From contig JAGCDY010000072.1 in NCBI GenBank assembly GCA_017650925.1, positions 1 to 51,409 of the forward strand: 51,409 nucleotides of DNA, read 5' to 3'. Source of the stretch: a bacterium (GTDB lineage: Bacteria > Auribacterota > UBA3054). The notes beneath the pieces were generated by a model, which ran no database searches, was not told the origin of the DNA, and worked only from the letters and a program-made list of their open reading frames with translations. Shown piece after piece: positions 18,176-25,904 of the stretch (positions are counted from its first letter, which is position 1; each line of letters begins with the position of its first letter). Made by a program: the position numbers and the translations under genes.

Positions 18176-19663
18176 TTAGAGCGAAAGCCCCTGTGAAACG
18201 AAGCGCAGCGCTTTCATGATCGCCCCGGCTTTGTTCAAGGTCTCTTTATATTCGTTTTCAGGCACGGAATCGGCCACGACGCCGGCGCCCACTCCGAAGG
18301 AGAGCGTTCCGCCCTTAATTTCCAAAGTTCTTATCGTGATGGCGAGGTCCATGTTGCCGGTCGAGCTGAAGTAGCCGACCGCGCCGCCGTAGGCGCCGCG
18401 TCTTTCCGGCTCGAGCTCCTTTATTATCTCCATGGCCCGGATCTTCGGTGCGCCGGAAAGCGTGCCGGCCGGGAAGGAACTGGCGACCAGGTCGAAGGCG
18501 TCAAATTCCGGCCTCAATTCCGCCTCGATGTTGGAGACGAGGTGCATGACGTGCGAGTAGCGTTCCACCTGCATGAAGCTCTTCACCTGCACGCTGCCCG
18601 GCATGGCAAGGCGCCCGAGATCGTTCCTGCCGAGGTCCACGAGCATCAAGTGTTCGGCGCGCTCCTTTTCGTCCTTCAGAAGCTCGTCAGCCAGCAAAGC
18701 GTCTTCCTTTTGGTCAACGCCGCGGGGCCTTGTGCCGGCGATTGGGCGGATGGCCGCCGCGCCGTTTTCTAATTTCACCATCGTTTCCGGAGAGGAGCCT
18801 ATAAGGATGCGGTCGCCGTTCTTGATGTAGAAGAGGTAAGGCGAAGGATTGATGAGGCGCAGCGCGCGGTAGATCTGGAAACTGTTCTTCGGCGCGGGAG
18901 CGGAGAATTTCTGGGCCGGCACGACCTGGATGATCTCGCCTTCCGCGATGAGCTCCTTGGCTTTTTCGACCGCCTGGCAGTAATCCTCTTTCGTCATGTT
19001 GCTGGTCAGCTTGATCTCTTCAGACCTAGTCACTTCCGGCTCCAGTTCGGAAACTGGCAGCGGAGCGGTCATGCGCTCCCTGATCGCGGAGATCCTTTCT
19101 TCAGCGTATTTGTAAGCGCTTTTCGCGTCGCTGAAATCGTTTCTCCTGACGGAGACGACGATCATGACGGTGTGCTTCATCGTGTCGAAGACGATCATTT
19201 CCCTCGTCAGCATGAAGAGCGCTTCCGGCCTGTCTTCCTTTTTCTCCCGCAGCGGGATCTTCTCGAATTCGCTCACTACTTCGTAGTCGAGGCTGCCGAC
19301 GGCGCCCCCGAAAAGGGGAGGGAGTCCCGGGTAGGTGAGGGCTTCGGCCTCTTTCATAAGGGAGCGCAGCGCGAAGAAGCCTTTGCCCTTTTCGCCGAGC
19401 GCTTCTTTCGGTTTGCCTGGAGAGGAAAGGTAAGCTCTCCCGTCCTCCACCGTGAAGATGCCGTAAGGGTTGACGCCTATGATGGAGTAGCGTCCGAAGC
19501 GCTCGCCGCCTTCCACGGACTCAAGCAGGAAAACGTGCTTTTCTTCCGCGAAACGGCGAAGCACCGAGACCGGCGTCTCCAGGTCGGCCAGGAACTCCCG
19601 GTAAACCGGAACATATTCACTCCCGGTCCCCATCTTTGCGAATTCATCAAAACTTGGTTTCAT
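18176..19663 (-). CDS. trpE: Anthranilate synthase component I
   Basis: Contains LESVEGGERFGRYS, the chorismate-binding C-terminal motifs (GAYGGAVGYF) and the Trp feedback region. Confidence 0.93.
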   Translation of the reverse strand: MKPSFDEFAKMGTGSEYVPVYREFLADLETPVSVLRRFAEEKHVFLLESVEGGERFGRYSIIGVNPYGIFTVEDGRAYLSSPGKPKEALGEKGKGFFALRSLMKEAEALTYPGLPPLFGGAVGSLDYEVVSEFEKIPLREKKEDRPEALFMLTREMIVFDTMKHTVMIVVSVRRNDFSDAKSAYKYAEERISAIRERMTAPLPVSELEPEVTRSEEIKLTSNMTKEDYCQAVEKAKELIAEGEIIQVVPAQKFSAPAPKNSFQIYRALRLINPSPYLFYIKNGDRILIGSSPETMVKLENGAAAIRPIAGTRPRGVDQKEDALLADELLKDEKERAEHLMLVDLGRNDLGRLAMPGSVQVKSFMQVERYSHVMHLVSNIEAELRPEFDAFDLVASSFPAGTLSGAPKIRAMEIIKELEPERRGAYGGAVGYFSSTGNMDLAITIRTLEIKGGTLSFGVGAGVVADSVPENEYKETLNKAGAIMKALRFVSQGLSL

Positions 19664-19688
19664 TTTATTTTAGGTTTAAGGTTAAGCG

Positions 19689-19729
19689 AAAAAAGAAGAG
19701 GGCCCCGCTTTTTCAAGCGGGGCCCTCTT
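19689..19729 (-). terminator. trp attenuator: intrinsic terminator in the trpE leader
   Basis: The minus strand reads AAGAGGGCCCCGCTT-GAAA-AAGCGGGGCCCTCTT, a perfect 15-bp stem, followed by C and T6. It ends about 25 nt before the trpE ATG. Confidence 0.8.
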
Positions 19730-19753
19730 GCTTCAACTTCTCAGTGTACGCTT

Positions 19754-19831
19754 TCAGCTACGAGGAAACGTCCCGGCTTGAAAAAGCCCGGTAAAAGCGT
19801 ACCACCACCAGAAGTTCATTTTAGTGTTCAT
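19754..19831 (-). CDS. trpL: trp operon leader peptide with three consecutive Trp codons (MNTKMNFWWWYAFTGLFQAGTFPRS)
   Basis: A 25-codon ORF is read manually on the minus strand, with GAGGAA 9 nt upstream of the ATG. The codons TGG TGG TGG occupy 19802-19810. An alternative in-frame ATG lies at 19819. The ORF sits between the promoter and the attenuator hairpin. Confidence 0.75.
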   Translation of the reverse strand: MNTKMNFWWWYAFTGLFQAGTFPRS

Positions 19832-19861
19832 GAAGAATTTTTCCTCGATTGTTCGCCGAAA

Positions 19862-19890
19862 ATGTTAGCACTTATCTTTTTAATTTGCAA
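19862..19890 (-). promoter_or_regulatory. Candidate trp operon promoter: TTGCAA-N17-TAACAT with a TGc extension
   Basis: On the minus strand, the -35 TTGCAA lies at 19885-19890, followed by a 17-nt spacer and TGCTAACAT at 19862-19870. This is about 30 nt upstream of the leader ATG. Confidence 0.45.
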
Positions 19891-19976
19891 GTGGGCTTTG
19901 CCAAGCATCGCAAGCGCCCCTCAAAATCCGCATAAACAATGAAATTTTTCTAAATCGTTGCTTTTTTTTGACTTTT

Positions 19977-19985
19977 TGATAAAAT
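19977..19985 (+). promoter_or_regulatory. Candidate extended -10 promoter (TTTTTGATAAAAT) for gene 20083
   Basis: TGATAAAAT is preceded by a T-tract. The same motif occurs at 27139, 33368, 41924 and 48042. Confidence 0.35.
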
Positions 19986-20082
19986 ATTGTGCCGTATTTG
20001 ATTAAACCACATTGTATTTCCATAATGCAAACGGCGAATTCGAGGTACAACCTGAAACCATATAACCTTTAGGAGAGAAATA

Positions 20083-21753
20083 ATGAAAAAAGCGATTCTA
20101 TTTAGCATTGTCGCGCTTCTTTGCGTGACGGCGCTCTGTGACGAAGCCTGGTCTCAGGCCGGCAGCTTCGACGGAAGCGAGCTTACACAAGCTTCTTTCC
20201 TTTTACGTCCGACCGATTCTTTGTATTACAGCAGCGCTTTGGCGGACGGGACTCCCGTTTCCTTAACTATCGGCGCGGTCGATCAGTCGGATTCAACCAA
20301 GACTGACGCGATCTTTTCCGACAACAGCGGAACGGCAGTGGAAGGATATGCGACCTGGGATTACACCACTTCCGATCTGCCGAAGAACGACACCTACACC
20401 ATAACGGAAACGGTCGTCAGCTCGTATGAAACTAAATCGCTTTCACGCTCTGTTACGATCCTGCCTGAACCGGCAATTTTAGCTTTGCTAGTCATTGCCG
20501 GCTCGCTCTTCCTTCGCAAGCGCGTTAAAGCTCTCGTTGCAATCTTGGCGCTTGTGTCTGTTTCTGCCATCGGCGCCAAAGCCGACGTTGTAAGCGGAGT
20601 CGCTTTCCAGCAAATGCTGCCGTTCACCAGAGACGTAGCGATAACCTATACTGTGACCCCTGCCGCGAACACGATCTATGATGTTAAGTTCTACGGCTCT
20701 ACGGACAACGGCGCGACTGTATTCGATCTTCAGGACAGGGGAGAGCTTCATTTGTCAGTTGCCAACCTTAACGAGACCTTCTGCAGCGCCGGAACACACG
20801 AAGTCGTCTGGACGCCGGATGAAAGTTTTTATTCCACCAAAGTCAACAATTTCAAAGTCAAAGTTGAAGCGACGGCGATCTCCAGCGCAAGTAATTACCT
20901 GGTCATAGACCTTTCGGGCGGGACCCAAGCCGCAAGTTATCCTGTAAGCTATCTCAGTGACGTACCATCTGGCGGCTGGAGTGACGACTACAAGACCACC
21001 AAAATGGTCATGCGTCTGATTCCCGCAGGAACATATATTATGGGAAGCCCTGAAGGCGAAGTGGGAAGAAAGGACGGTGAAACTCAGCACAAAGTGACGT
21101 TGACGAAGCCGTTCTATGCCGGCGTTTTCGAGGTGACCCAGAACCAGTATGAATTGGTCACTGGCTCGACCCCTTCTGAGCATCAAGGAAATGCCAGGCC
21201 GGTGGAAAGAGTTTCATACAACATGCTCCGCGGAACGGATAAAGGCGCTGGCTGGCCTGCTAACAACGAAGTTGACGAAGATTCGTTCTTTGGCATTCTC
21301 CGCGACAAAACCGGTTTAAGCTTTGACCTTCCCACGGAAGCGCAGTGGGAGTTCGCCTGCAGGGCGGAAACGACCACAGCTTTGAACAGTGGGAAGAATC
21401 TGACCGGCACAAACGAAGATGCGAACATGAATGAAGTCGGTCGCTACAGTTACAATCAAAATGATGGGAAAGGCGGATATAGTCAGCACACCACCGTCGG
21501 CTCTTATCTTCCCAACGCCTGGGGATTGTACGATATGCACGGCAACGTGTATGAGTGGTGCCTGGATTGGTCTGGATCGTACGGTGGAAATGCAGTCGAT
21601 CCGAAAGGCGCAAGCGTTGGAACTAACCGTGACCAACGGGGCGGAGGCTGGAAGCTTAGCGCCCAATACTGCCGCTCTTCTTACCGCAGCGGTGACAGAC
21701 CCTTTGCCAACGGCAGCAATCAAGTCGGTTTTCGTGTGTTCCTGGTTCAATAA
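20083..21753 (+). CDS. Fusion protein: PEP-CTERM module (aa 1-147) joined in frame to a signal-peptide-like segment, a beta-sandwich domain and an FGE/SUMF1-like domain
   Basis: N-terminal signal peptide MKKAILFSIVALLCVTALC. An internal LPEPAILALLVIAGSLFLRKR lies at aa 127-147 (nt 20461-20523). It is followed immediately by VKALVAILALVSVSAIGAKA, then a domain homologous to the N-terminal domains of 2418-3662 and 4598-5890. FGE-fold motifs follow (GLYDMHGNVYEWCLD, RGGGW..YCR, VGFRVFL). Confidence 0.75.
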   Translation: MKKAILFSIVALLCVTALCDEAWSQAGSFDGSELTQASFLLRPTDSLYYSSALADGTPVSLTIGAVDQSDSTKTDAIFSDNSGTAVEGYATWDYTTSDLPKNDTYTITETVVSSYETKSLSRSVTILPEPAILALLVIAGSLFLRKRVKALVAILALVSVSAIGAKADVVSGVAFQQMLPFTRDVAITYTVTPAANTIYDVKFYGSTDNGATVFDLQDRGELHLSVANLNETFCSAGTHEVVWTPDESFYSTKVNNFKVKVEATAISSASNYLVIDLSGGTQAASYPVSYLSDVPSGGWSDDYKTTKMVMRLIPAGTYIMGSPEGEVGRKDGETQHKVTLTKPFYAGVFEVTQNQYELVTGSTPSEHQGNARPVERVSYNMLRGTDKGAGWPANNEVDEDSFFGILRDKTGLSFDLPTEAQWEFACRAETTTALNSGKNLTGTNEDANMNEVGRYSYNQNDGKGGYSQHTTVGSYLPNAWGLYDMHGNVYEWCLDWSGSYGGNAVDPKGASVGTNRDQRGGGWKLSAQYCRSSYRSGDRPFANGSNQVGFRVFLVQ

Positions 21754-21777
21754 AAAATCTCTTTGAACTGAGGTTGT

Positions 21778-21815
21778 AAAAAAACAAGCGCGCCCAACCG
21801 GGCGCGCTTGTTTTT
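21778..21815. terminator. Bidirectional intrinsic terminator between convergent genes
   Basis: A7 run, stem CAAGCGCGCCC, loop AACC, stem GGGCGCGCTTG, then a T5 run. Confidence 0.8.
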
Positions 21816-21847
21816 GGCAAAAATAAAGATGCTCGATCAAGTCTTTT

Positions 21848-22891
21848 TCAGGCGTTGGCAAGGTTGTTCTTCAGGAACTCTTTGTAGGCGTTCAAAACCT
21901 TGATGGGGCCGGCGATCTTGATTCCGCCCTGGAAATTTGTTAGCCAGCTGAAGAAGGTCGGGGCAACGGAGACGGCCACGACGGTCTCGGCTTCCGTTTC
22001 GCTGACTTCCTTGCATTCCAGTTTCTCGCCGAACTGGTCGAAGATCATTTCCGCGAGATCCTTTCGGAAGCGAAGATTCACGTTCTCGGTCTCGCCCGTA
22101 AACATGCCTATCACTTCCGACAGATATTTCGTGATGTCTTTCCTTATGTCAAGCTCCGACTTTTTGACGGGAAGCTTCTCCTCGACCGCGACGTCCGTCA
22201 TGCGGTCCACTCGGAATTTTATGATCCTGACTTCCTCGCCGCGGCACATGCAGTAGTATTTGTCGTCGTTGACCACCAGCGTCAGAGGAGTCGCACGGTA
22301 CCTTTCGCCGCCTTTCCTGGCCACGCGCTCGCCCTTATAGTTAAGGTCGTTGTAGATGAAGGAGATCTTTTTCTCTTTCGTCAGGGCCTGCCTTATGGCC
22401 TCTACGTTGTCGAATATCTCGACGTTGTTGCGCTTTTTGACATTGAAGAGGATGTAATTGTCCCTCACTCGCTTGGCCAGCTCCGTGCCGCCGATCCTGG
22501 AGAGCTTCTTGACGAAGAACTCCGTCATGCTGTCGGAGAGGAAGGAGGCCGCCTGGACCGTGTCGATGAGCATCTTTATCTCAGTGTCGTTCAGGGCTCT
22601 GGAGAGGATGTAGTAGCCGTTCTTGCGGCCGACTTTGGTCTTCTTCACATGGAAGGTCTCCATAAGAAGCTTCATGTCGTTGCCGAAAGTCCTCCTTTCG
22701 CACATGATGCCGTGCTTTTTAAGTTCAGCCGTGATGTCCTCCATGGTAAGGGGGTGCTTCTCGGTCGCAGAGCTGCGCAAAAGTTCCATCATGCGGAGGA
22801 GCTTAATTTTGTTTCCGTCTTTTTTTGTGCGTTCTGATTTCTTTGTCATGGTGCTACCTGATCTAATAGTGGTTGTATCCAATTCTACCAT
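21848..22891 (-). CDS. HTH-WYL-domain transcriptional regulator (BrxR/CapW/PafBC-like architecture)
   Basis: An N-terminal wHTH is present (IKLLRMMELLRSSATEKHPLTMEDITAELKKHGIMCERRTFGNDMKLL). A central WYL-like core follows (RATPLTLVVNDDKYYCMCRG...KFRVDRM), then a C-terminal extension. The true start may be the ATG at 22849 (MTKKSERTKK). Confidence 0.65.
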   Translation of the reverse strand: MVELDTTTIRSGSTMTKKSERTKKDGNKIKLLRMMELLRSSATEKHPLTMEDITAELKKHGIMCERRTFGNDMKLLMETFHVKKTKVGRKNGYYILSRALNDTEIKMLIDTVQAASFLSDSMTEFFVKKLSRIGGTELAKRVRDNYILFNVKKRNNVEIFDNVEAIRQALTKEKKISFIYNDLNYKGERVARKGGERYRATPLTLVVNDDKYYCMCRGEEVRIIKFRVDRMTDVAVEEKLPVKKSELDIRKDITKYLSEVIGMFTGETENVNLRFRKDLAEMIFDQFGEKLECKEVSETEAETVVAVSVAPTFFSWLTNFQGGIKIAGPIKVLNAYKEFLKNNLANA

Positions 22892-22918
22892 ATTTTAAAA
22901 AAAATCAATAGGCTTATT

Positions 22919-22934
22919 GGGAAAATATTTTCCC
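22919..22934. promoter_or_regulatory. Perfect 16-bp palindrome GGGAAAATATTTTCCC, a candidate operator
   Basis: The palindrome was read directly. It lies 28 nt upstream of the 22891 ATG of the WYL regulator. It is followed by the direct repeats AAAGGGGCT at 22941 and 22953. Confidence 0.35.
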
Positions 22935-22972
22935 ATTTAAAAAGGGGCTCTGAAAGGGGCTTTTTCAACCGG

Positions 22973-23026
22973 TTACTCACAAACTATTCACAGCTTATCC
23001 ACAGGAAAGTGGCTAAAATGTCCACA
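22973..23026 (+). promoter_or_regulatory. Cluster of four co-oriented DnaA-box-like 9-mers
   Basis: The 9-mers are TTACTCACA (22973), CTATTCACA (22984), TTATCCACA (22995, a perfect consensus) and ATGTCCACA (23018). Spacings are 11, 11 and 23 nt. AT-rich tracts lie at 22891-22912 and 23136-23172. Confidence 0.4.
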
Positions 23027-23122
23027 CTTAGCTTGACGCCGGGCTTACTTTTTAGCTTGTAGAGACTTAGATTGGGAAACGCGCGGAAACTCAAAATCAA
23101 CCTTTACTTTTATCCCGCGCTA

Positions 23123-23131
23123 TGGTAGAAT
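23123..23131 (+). promoter_or_regulatory. Candidate extended -10 promoter (TGGTAGAAT) of lptD
   Basis: A TGnTAGAAT motif lies about 60 nt upstream of the 23193 ATG. Confidence 0.35.
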
Positions 23132-23192
23132 GACCCATATAATTTTGAACTAAAATTTGACTTAAAAATTCCACCCCCCTTTCGGGAATATC

Positions 23193-25898
23193 ATGAGTGA
23201 TCGCATATTGAGTTTTATCCTGGCGATGGGCCTAGCCTGCCTTTCGCTTACGGCCGCCGAAGAGTCGGCCTATGAGGCCGGCAATGGCGCGCCGGCTGAC
23301 TTTGCCTTGGGAACCGAACCCTGGTTCATCACTCCCGTGCCCGAAGGGGAACAGGCGGTAGTGGAAGCTTTGGAATTTTCTTACGTGAGCAATACGGTCC
23401 TGCGCGCCACAGGAAACGTCGTCATGGCTTACGGAGACTACCGCGTCTATTCCGATTCCGTCGAATACAACACCGTAACGAAGATCCTGACTTCACCCGG
23501 CTGGACCAGGGTCACCTATACCGCGCCTGAAGATCTTTACGAGGCGATGAACAAGACTTCTATCGCCGTCGACAACGAGATGGGTCCCTTCTGTTACGAG
23601 ATCCTGGGCGAGAACGTCATCTTCAACCTTGAGAACTACGCCGGCCAGTTTGAGAACGCCCACGCCAAGGTCGACTTCGGCAATTTCAAGGATCTTGAGG
23701 AAGGCCGTTGGTACGAGAAAAAATGGTACATCTACGGCAAGACGCTCGTGAAAGACCCCTACGAGAACGTCCTGCACGTGACGGACGGCCGCTGCACGAC
23801 TTGCCCGCCGGAATACCAGTCCGCCCTGTACAGTTTTGAGGCGAAAGACATCACCGTCGCTGTCCCGGACCTCAACAATCCCATGGAGCAGAGCCGCGTC
23901 ACCGCGAGGAACTGCCTCGTCAAGTTCGAGGGCATTCCCTTCCTCTGGCTGCCGCAGGTGACTTACACTCCGAGCGAGGACGACAATCCCTTCCCCGTCC
24001 AGGTCAAGGCCGGCTACGATTCCAGGAAGGGCGGCTTTTTTGATCTGGCCTTGGACGTCTACCACAGCAAAGAGCTTAGGCTGACGCCGCACATCGGTTA
24101 TTACACCAAGCACGGCGTTTCCTTCGGTCTCGACGGTTCCTACAACGTCGTCTTCACGAACGTCACGACGATCGCTGGCGAATGGGAATCCTTCTTCATC
24201 GACGACACCGCCCGCCGCTTCATCCAGGAAAAGGACAAGCACAACAAGAAGGACGAAAAGCAGTTCCGCTACCGCTTCCTTTGGGAGCACGTCCAGACCT
24301 TCGGACCGGGCGCCGGCTGGCTCAACAGGGGATTGCTCTCCTGGCAGATCGACGTCATGAAGGACATGGACGTCGTGCATGAATTCTACCGCGAGGATTA
24401 CAACAGGTACGGCCAGCGCGACACCTGGCTCGACTTCACGATCCCGATCGGCGAGGACAACGAGGTCAGCTTCTACGCCGTCAAGCAGGTCAACAGCTTC
24501 TACACGACCTACGAGCGATTGCCTGAACTTAGGCACGTTTTCAGAAAGCGGAGGGTGATGGAGCTTCCGGCCTTGAAAGTGCCCGTTTACTACGAGAGCA
24601 AGACGACGGCGGGCTACTACCATTACGTCCAGAGCGACAAGCAGGACGCCCACGCCAGCTACACCATGTGGCAGGCTCAGACGGACCATAAGATCTCGAT
24701 GCCGAAGCGTTACTTCAACTTCCTGAACATCGAGCCTTACCTGGGCTTCACGATGGACTTCGGCAACATCAACAACTACAACGACGGCGAGGAATACGAC
24801 TACGTCTGGAAGCGCGGCAGGATCAATCCGTCCAGGCCTTCCGGCTTCAACAGAAGACTCTTTCTGCGCCACAAGACCGTGAACTTCCCGGTCAACCATT
24901 TCAACCAGAATTACAATCGCTACACGAGAATGGCCATCGACGCCTATCGTCCCCAGGACGAGGGCGCTTTCTTCCGCGCCATGCCTTACGGCGGCGTCGA
25001 CGTGAACTTCAAGCTGCACCGCACGTATAATCTCGAGGGCACCTACGCCGGCGAGCTGCTGAGGAAATACGTACAGTCCGACAGCGAGAAGATCAGGCAC
25101 TTGATCGAGCCCAAGGCCGGCGTCTTCGGCAACGCGGCCTTCGGCACCGAAATGGGCCTGGCGGCCGGCGCCGACATCGGCATCAGGAACGCTTTCCAGA
25201 TCGAAAGGAAGGGCAACAACGCCAATCTGCTGGATCTCACGGCTTATATCAGCCAGCGCTACTATCACGACGAAGTTTACAAATCTCAGGATTACCGCCA
25301 TCATTACACGCACCGCGGCAAATACACCGAGGGCAAGGCCTTCAGGGAATACCAGGCCAGTACGGCCGTCGGCTTCGCTTTCCAGTCCGATCCCACCGAC
25401 TGGCTCAACATCCAGGGCGACCTGCTTTGGGATCTGGACAAGTATAAACGCATAACGTTCGCGAACCTCGGCGCCAACATGGACGCCACGCGCGTTCTCC
25501 AGAAAGCTCTCTCCCATCCCTCGCTGCCGCGCTGGCTGAGAGGCAGGAAGGACGAGCTCATCCTGAACGTCAGCTACCGTTATCTCTACGATTACTCCAA
25601 CCTCATCTCGGCCGGCGGCCGCTTCTGGTTCGACGACTTCACGCCCTGGCTCTCGCTGGAGATGCAGCAGAAGACCTGGGCCCGCGAGCTCACCAGGGGA
25701 TGGGGCTTCGGCAGCTATATGCGCTTCGAGGCGCAGCACGGCGACCTTCAGGAGATGGAGTTCACTCTCTACAAGAACTGGAAGAAGTGCATAGATACTT
25801 CCGTTTCCTACCGTCTGAGAGACAACAACGACCATTCGGTCTACGCCACCTTCTGGCTGACCGCCTACCCGAAGAGCAAGCTCAATTTGGGCAACTAA
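23193..25898 (+). CDS. lptD: LptD/OstA-family outer-membrane LPS-assembly protein (large beta-barrel)
   Basis: A signal peptide is present. There is an OstA-like N-terminal segment (LRATGNVVMAYGDYRVYSDSVEYNTVTKILTSPG). The remaining roughly 650 aa are rich in aromatic residues and alternating beta-strand pattern. The C-terminus ends in an aromatic-rich strand. Confidence 0.55.
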   Translation: MSDRILSFILAMGLACLSLTAAEESAYEAGNGAPADFALGTEPWFITPVPEGEQAVVEALEFSYVSNTVLRATGNVVMAYGDYRVYSDSVEYNTVTKILTSPGWTRVTYTAPEDLYEAMNKTSIAVDNEMGPFCYEILGENVIFNLENYAGQFENAHAKVDFGNFKDLEEGRWYEKKWYIYGKTLVKDPYENVLHVTDGRCTTCPPEYQSALYSFEAKDITVAVPDLNNPMEQSRVTARNCLVKFEGIPFLWLPQVTYTPSEDDNPFPVQVKAGYDSRKGGFFDLALDVYHSKELRLTPHIGYYTKHGVSFGLDGSYNVVFTNVTTIAGEWESFFIDDTARRFIQEKDKHNKKDEKQFRYRFLWEHVQTFGPGAGWLNRGLLSWQIDVMKDMDVVHEFYREDYNRYGQRDTWLDFTIPIGEDNEVSFYAVKQVNSFYTTYERLPELRHVFRKRRVMELPALKVPVYYESKTTAGYYHYVQSDKQDAHASYTMWQAQTDHKISMPKRYFNFLNIEPYLGFTMDFGNINNYNDGEEYDYVWKRGRINPSRPSGFNRRLFLRHKTVNFPVNHFNQNYNRYTRMAIDAYRPQDEGAFFRAMPYGGVDVNFKLHRTYNLEGTYAGELLRKYVQSDSEKIRHLIEPKAGVFGNAAFGTEMGLAAGADIGIRNAFQIERKGNNANLLDLTAYISQRYYHDEVYKSQDYRHHYTHRGKYTEGKAFREYQASTAVGFAFQSDPTDWLNIQGDLLWDLDKYKRITFANLGANMDATRVLQKALSHPSLPRWLRGRKDELILNVSYRYLYDYSNLISAGGRFWFDDFTPWLSLEMQQKTWARELTRGWGFGSYMRFEAQHGDLQEMEFTLYKNWKKCIDTSVSYRLRDNNDHSVYATFWLTAYPKSKLNLGN

Positions 25899-25904
25899 GG
25901 AAAT

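Noticed and set aside
19172-19942. A 256-aa plus-strand ORF spanning the trpE 5' end and the trp leader region.
   Set aside because: It overlaps trpE antisense. It also runs through the promoter, leader-peptide and attenuator structure, which explains this sequence much better.
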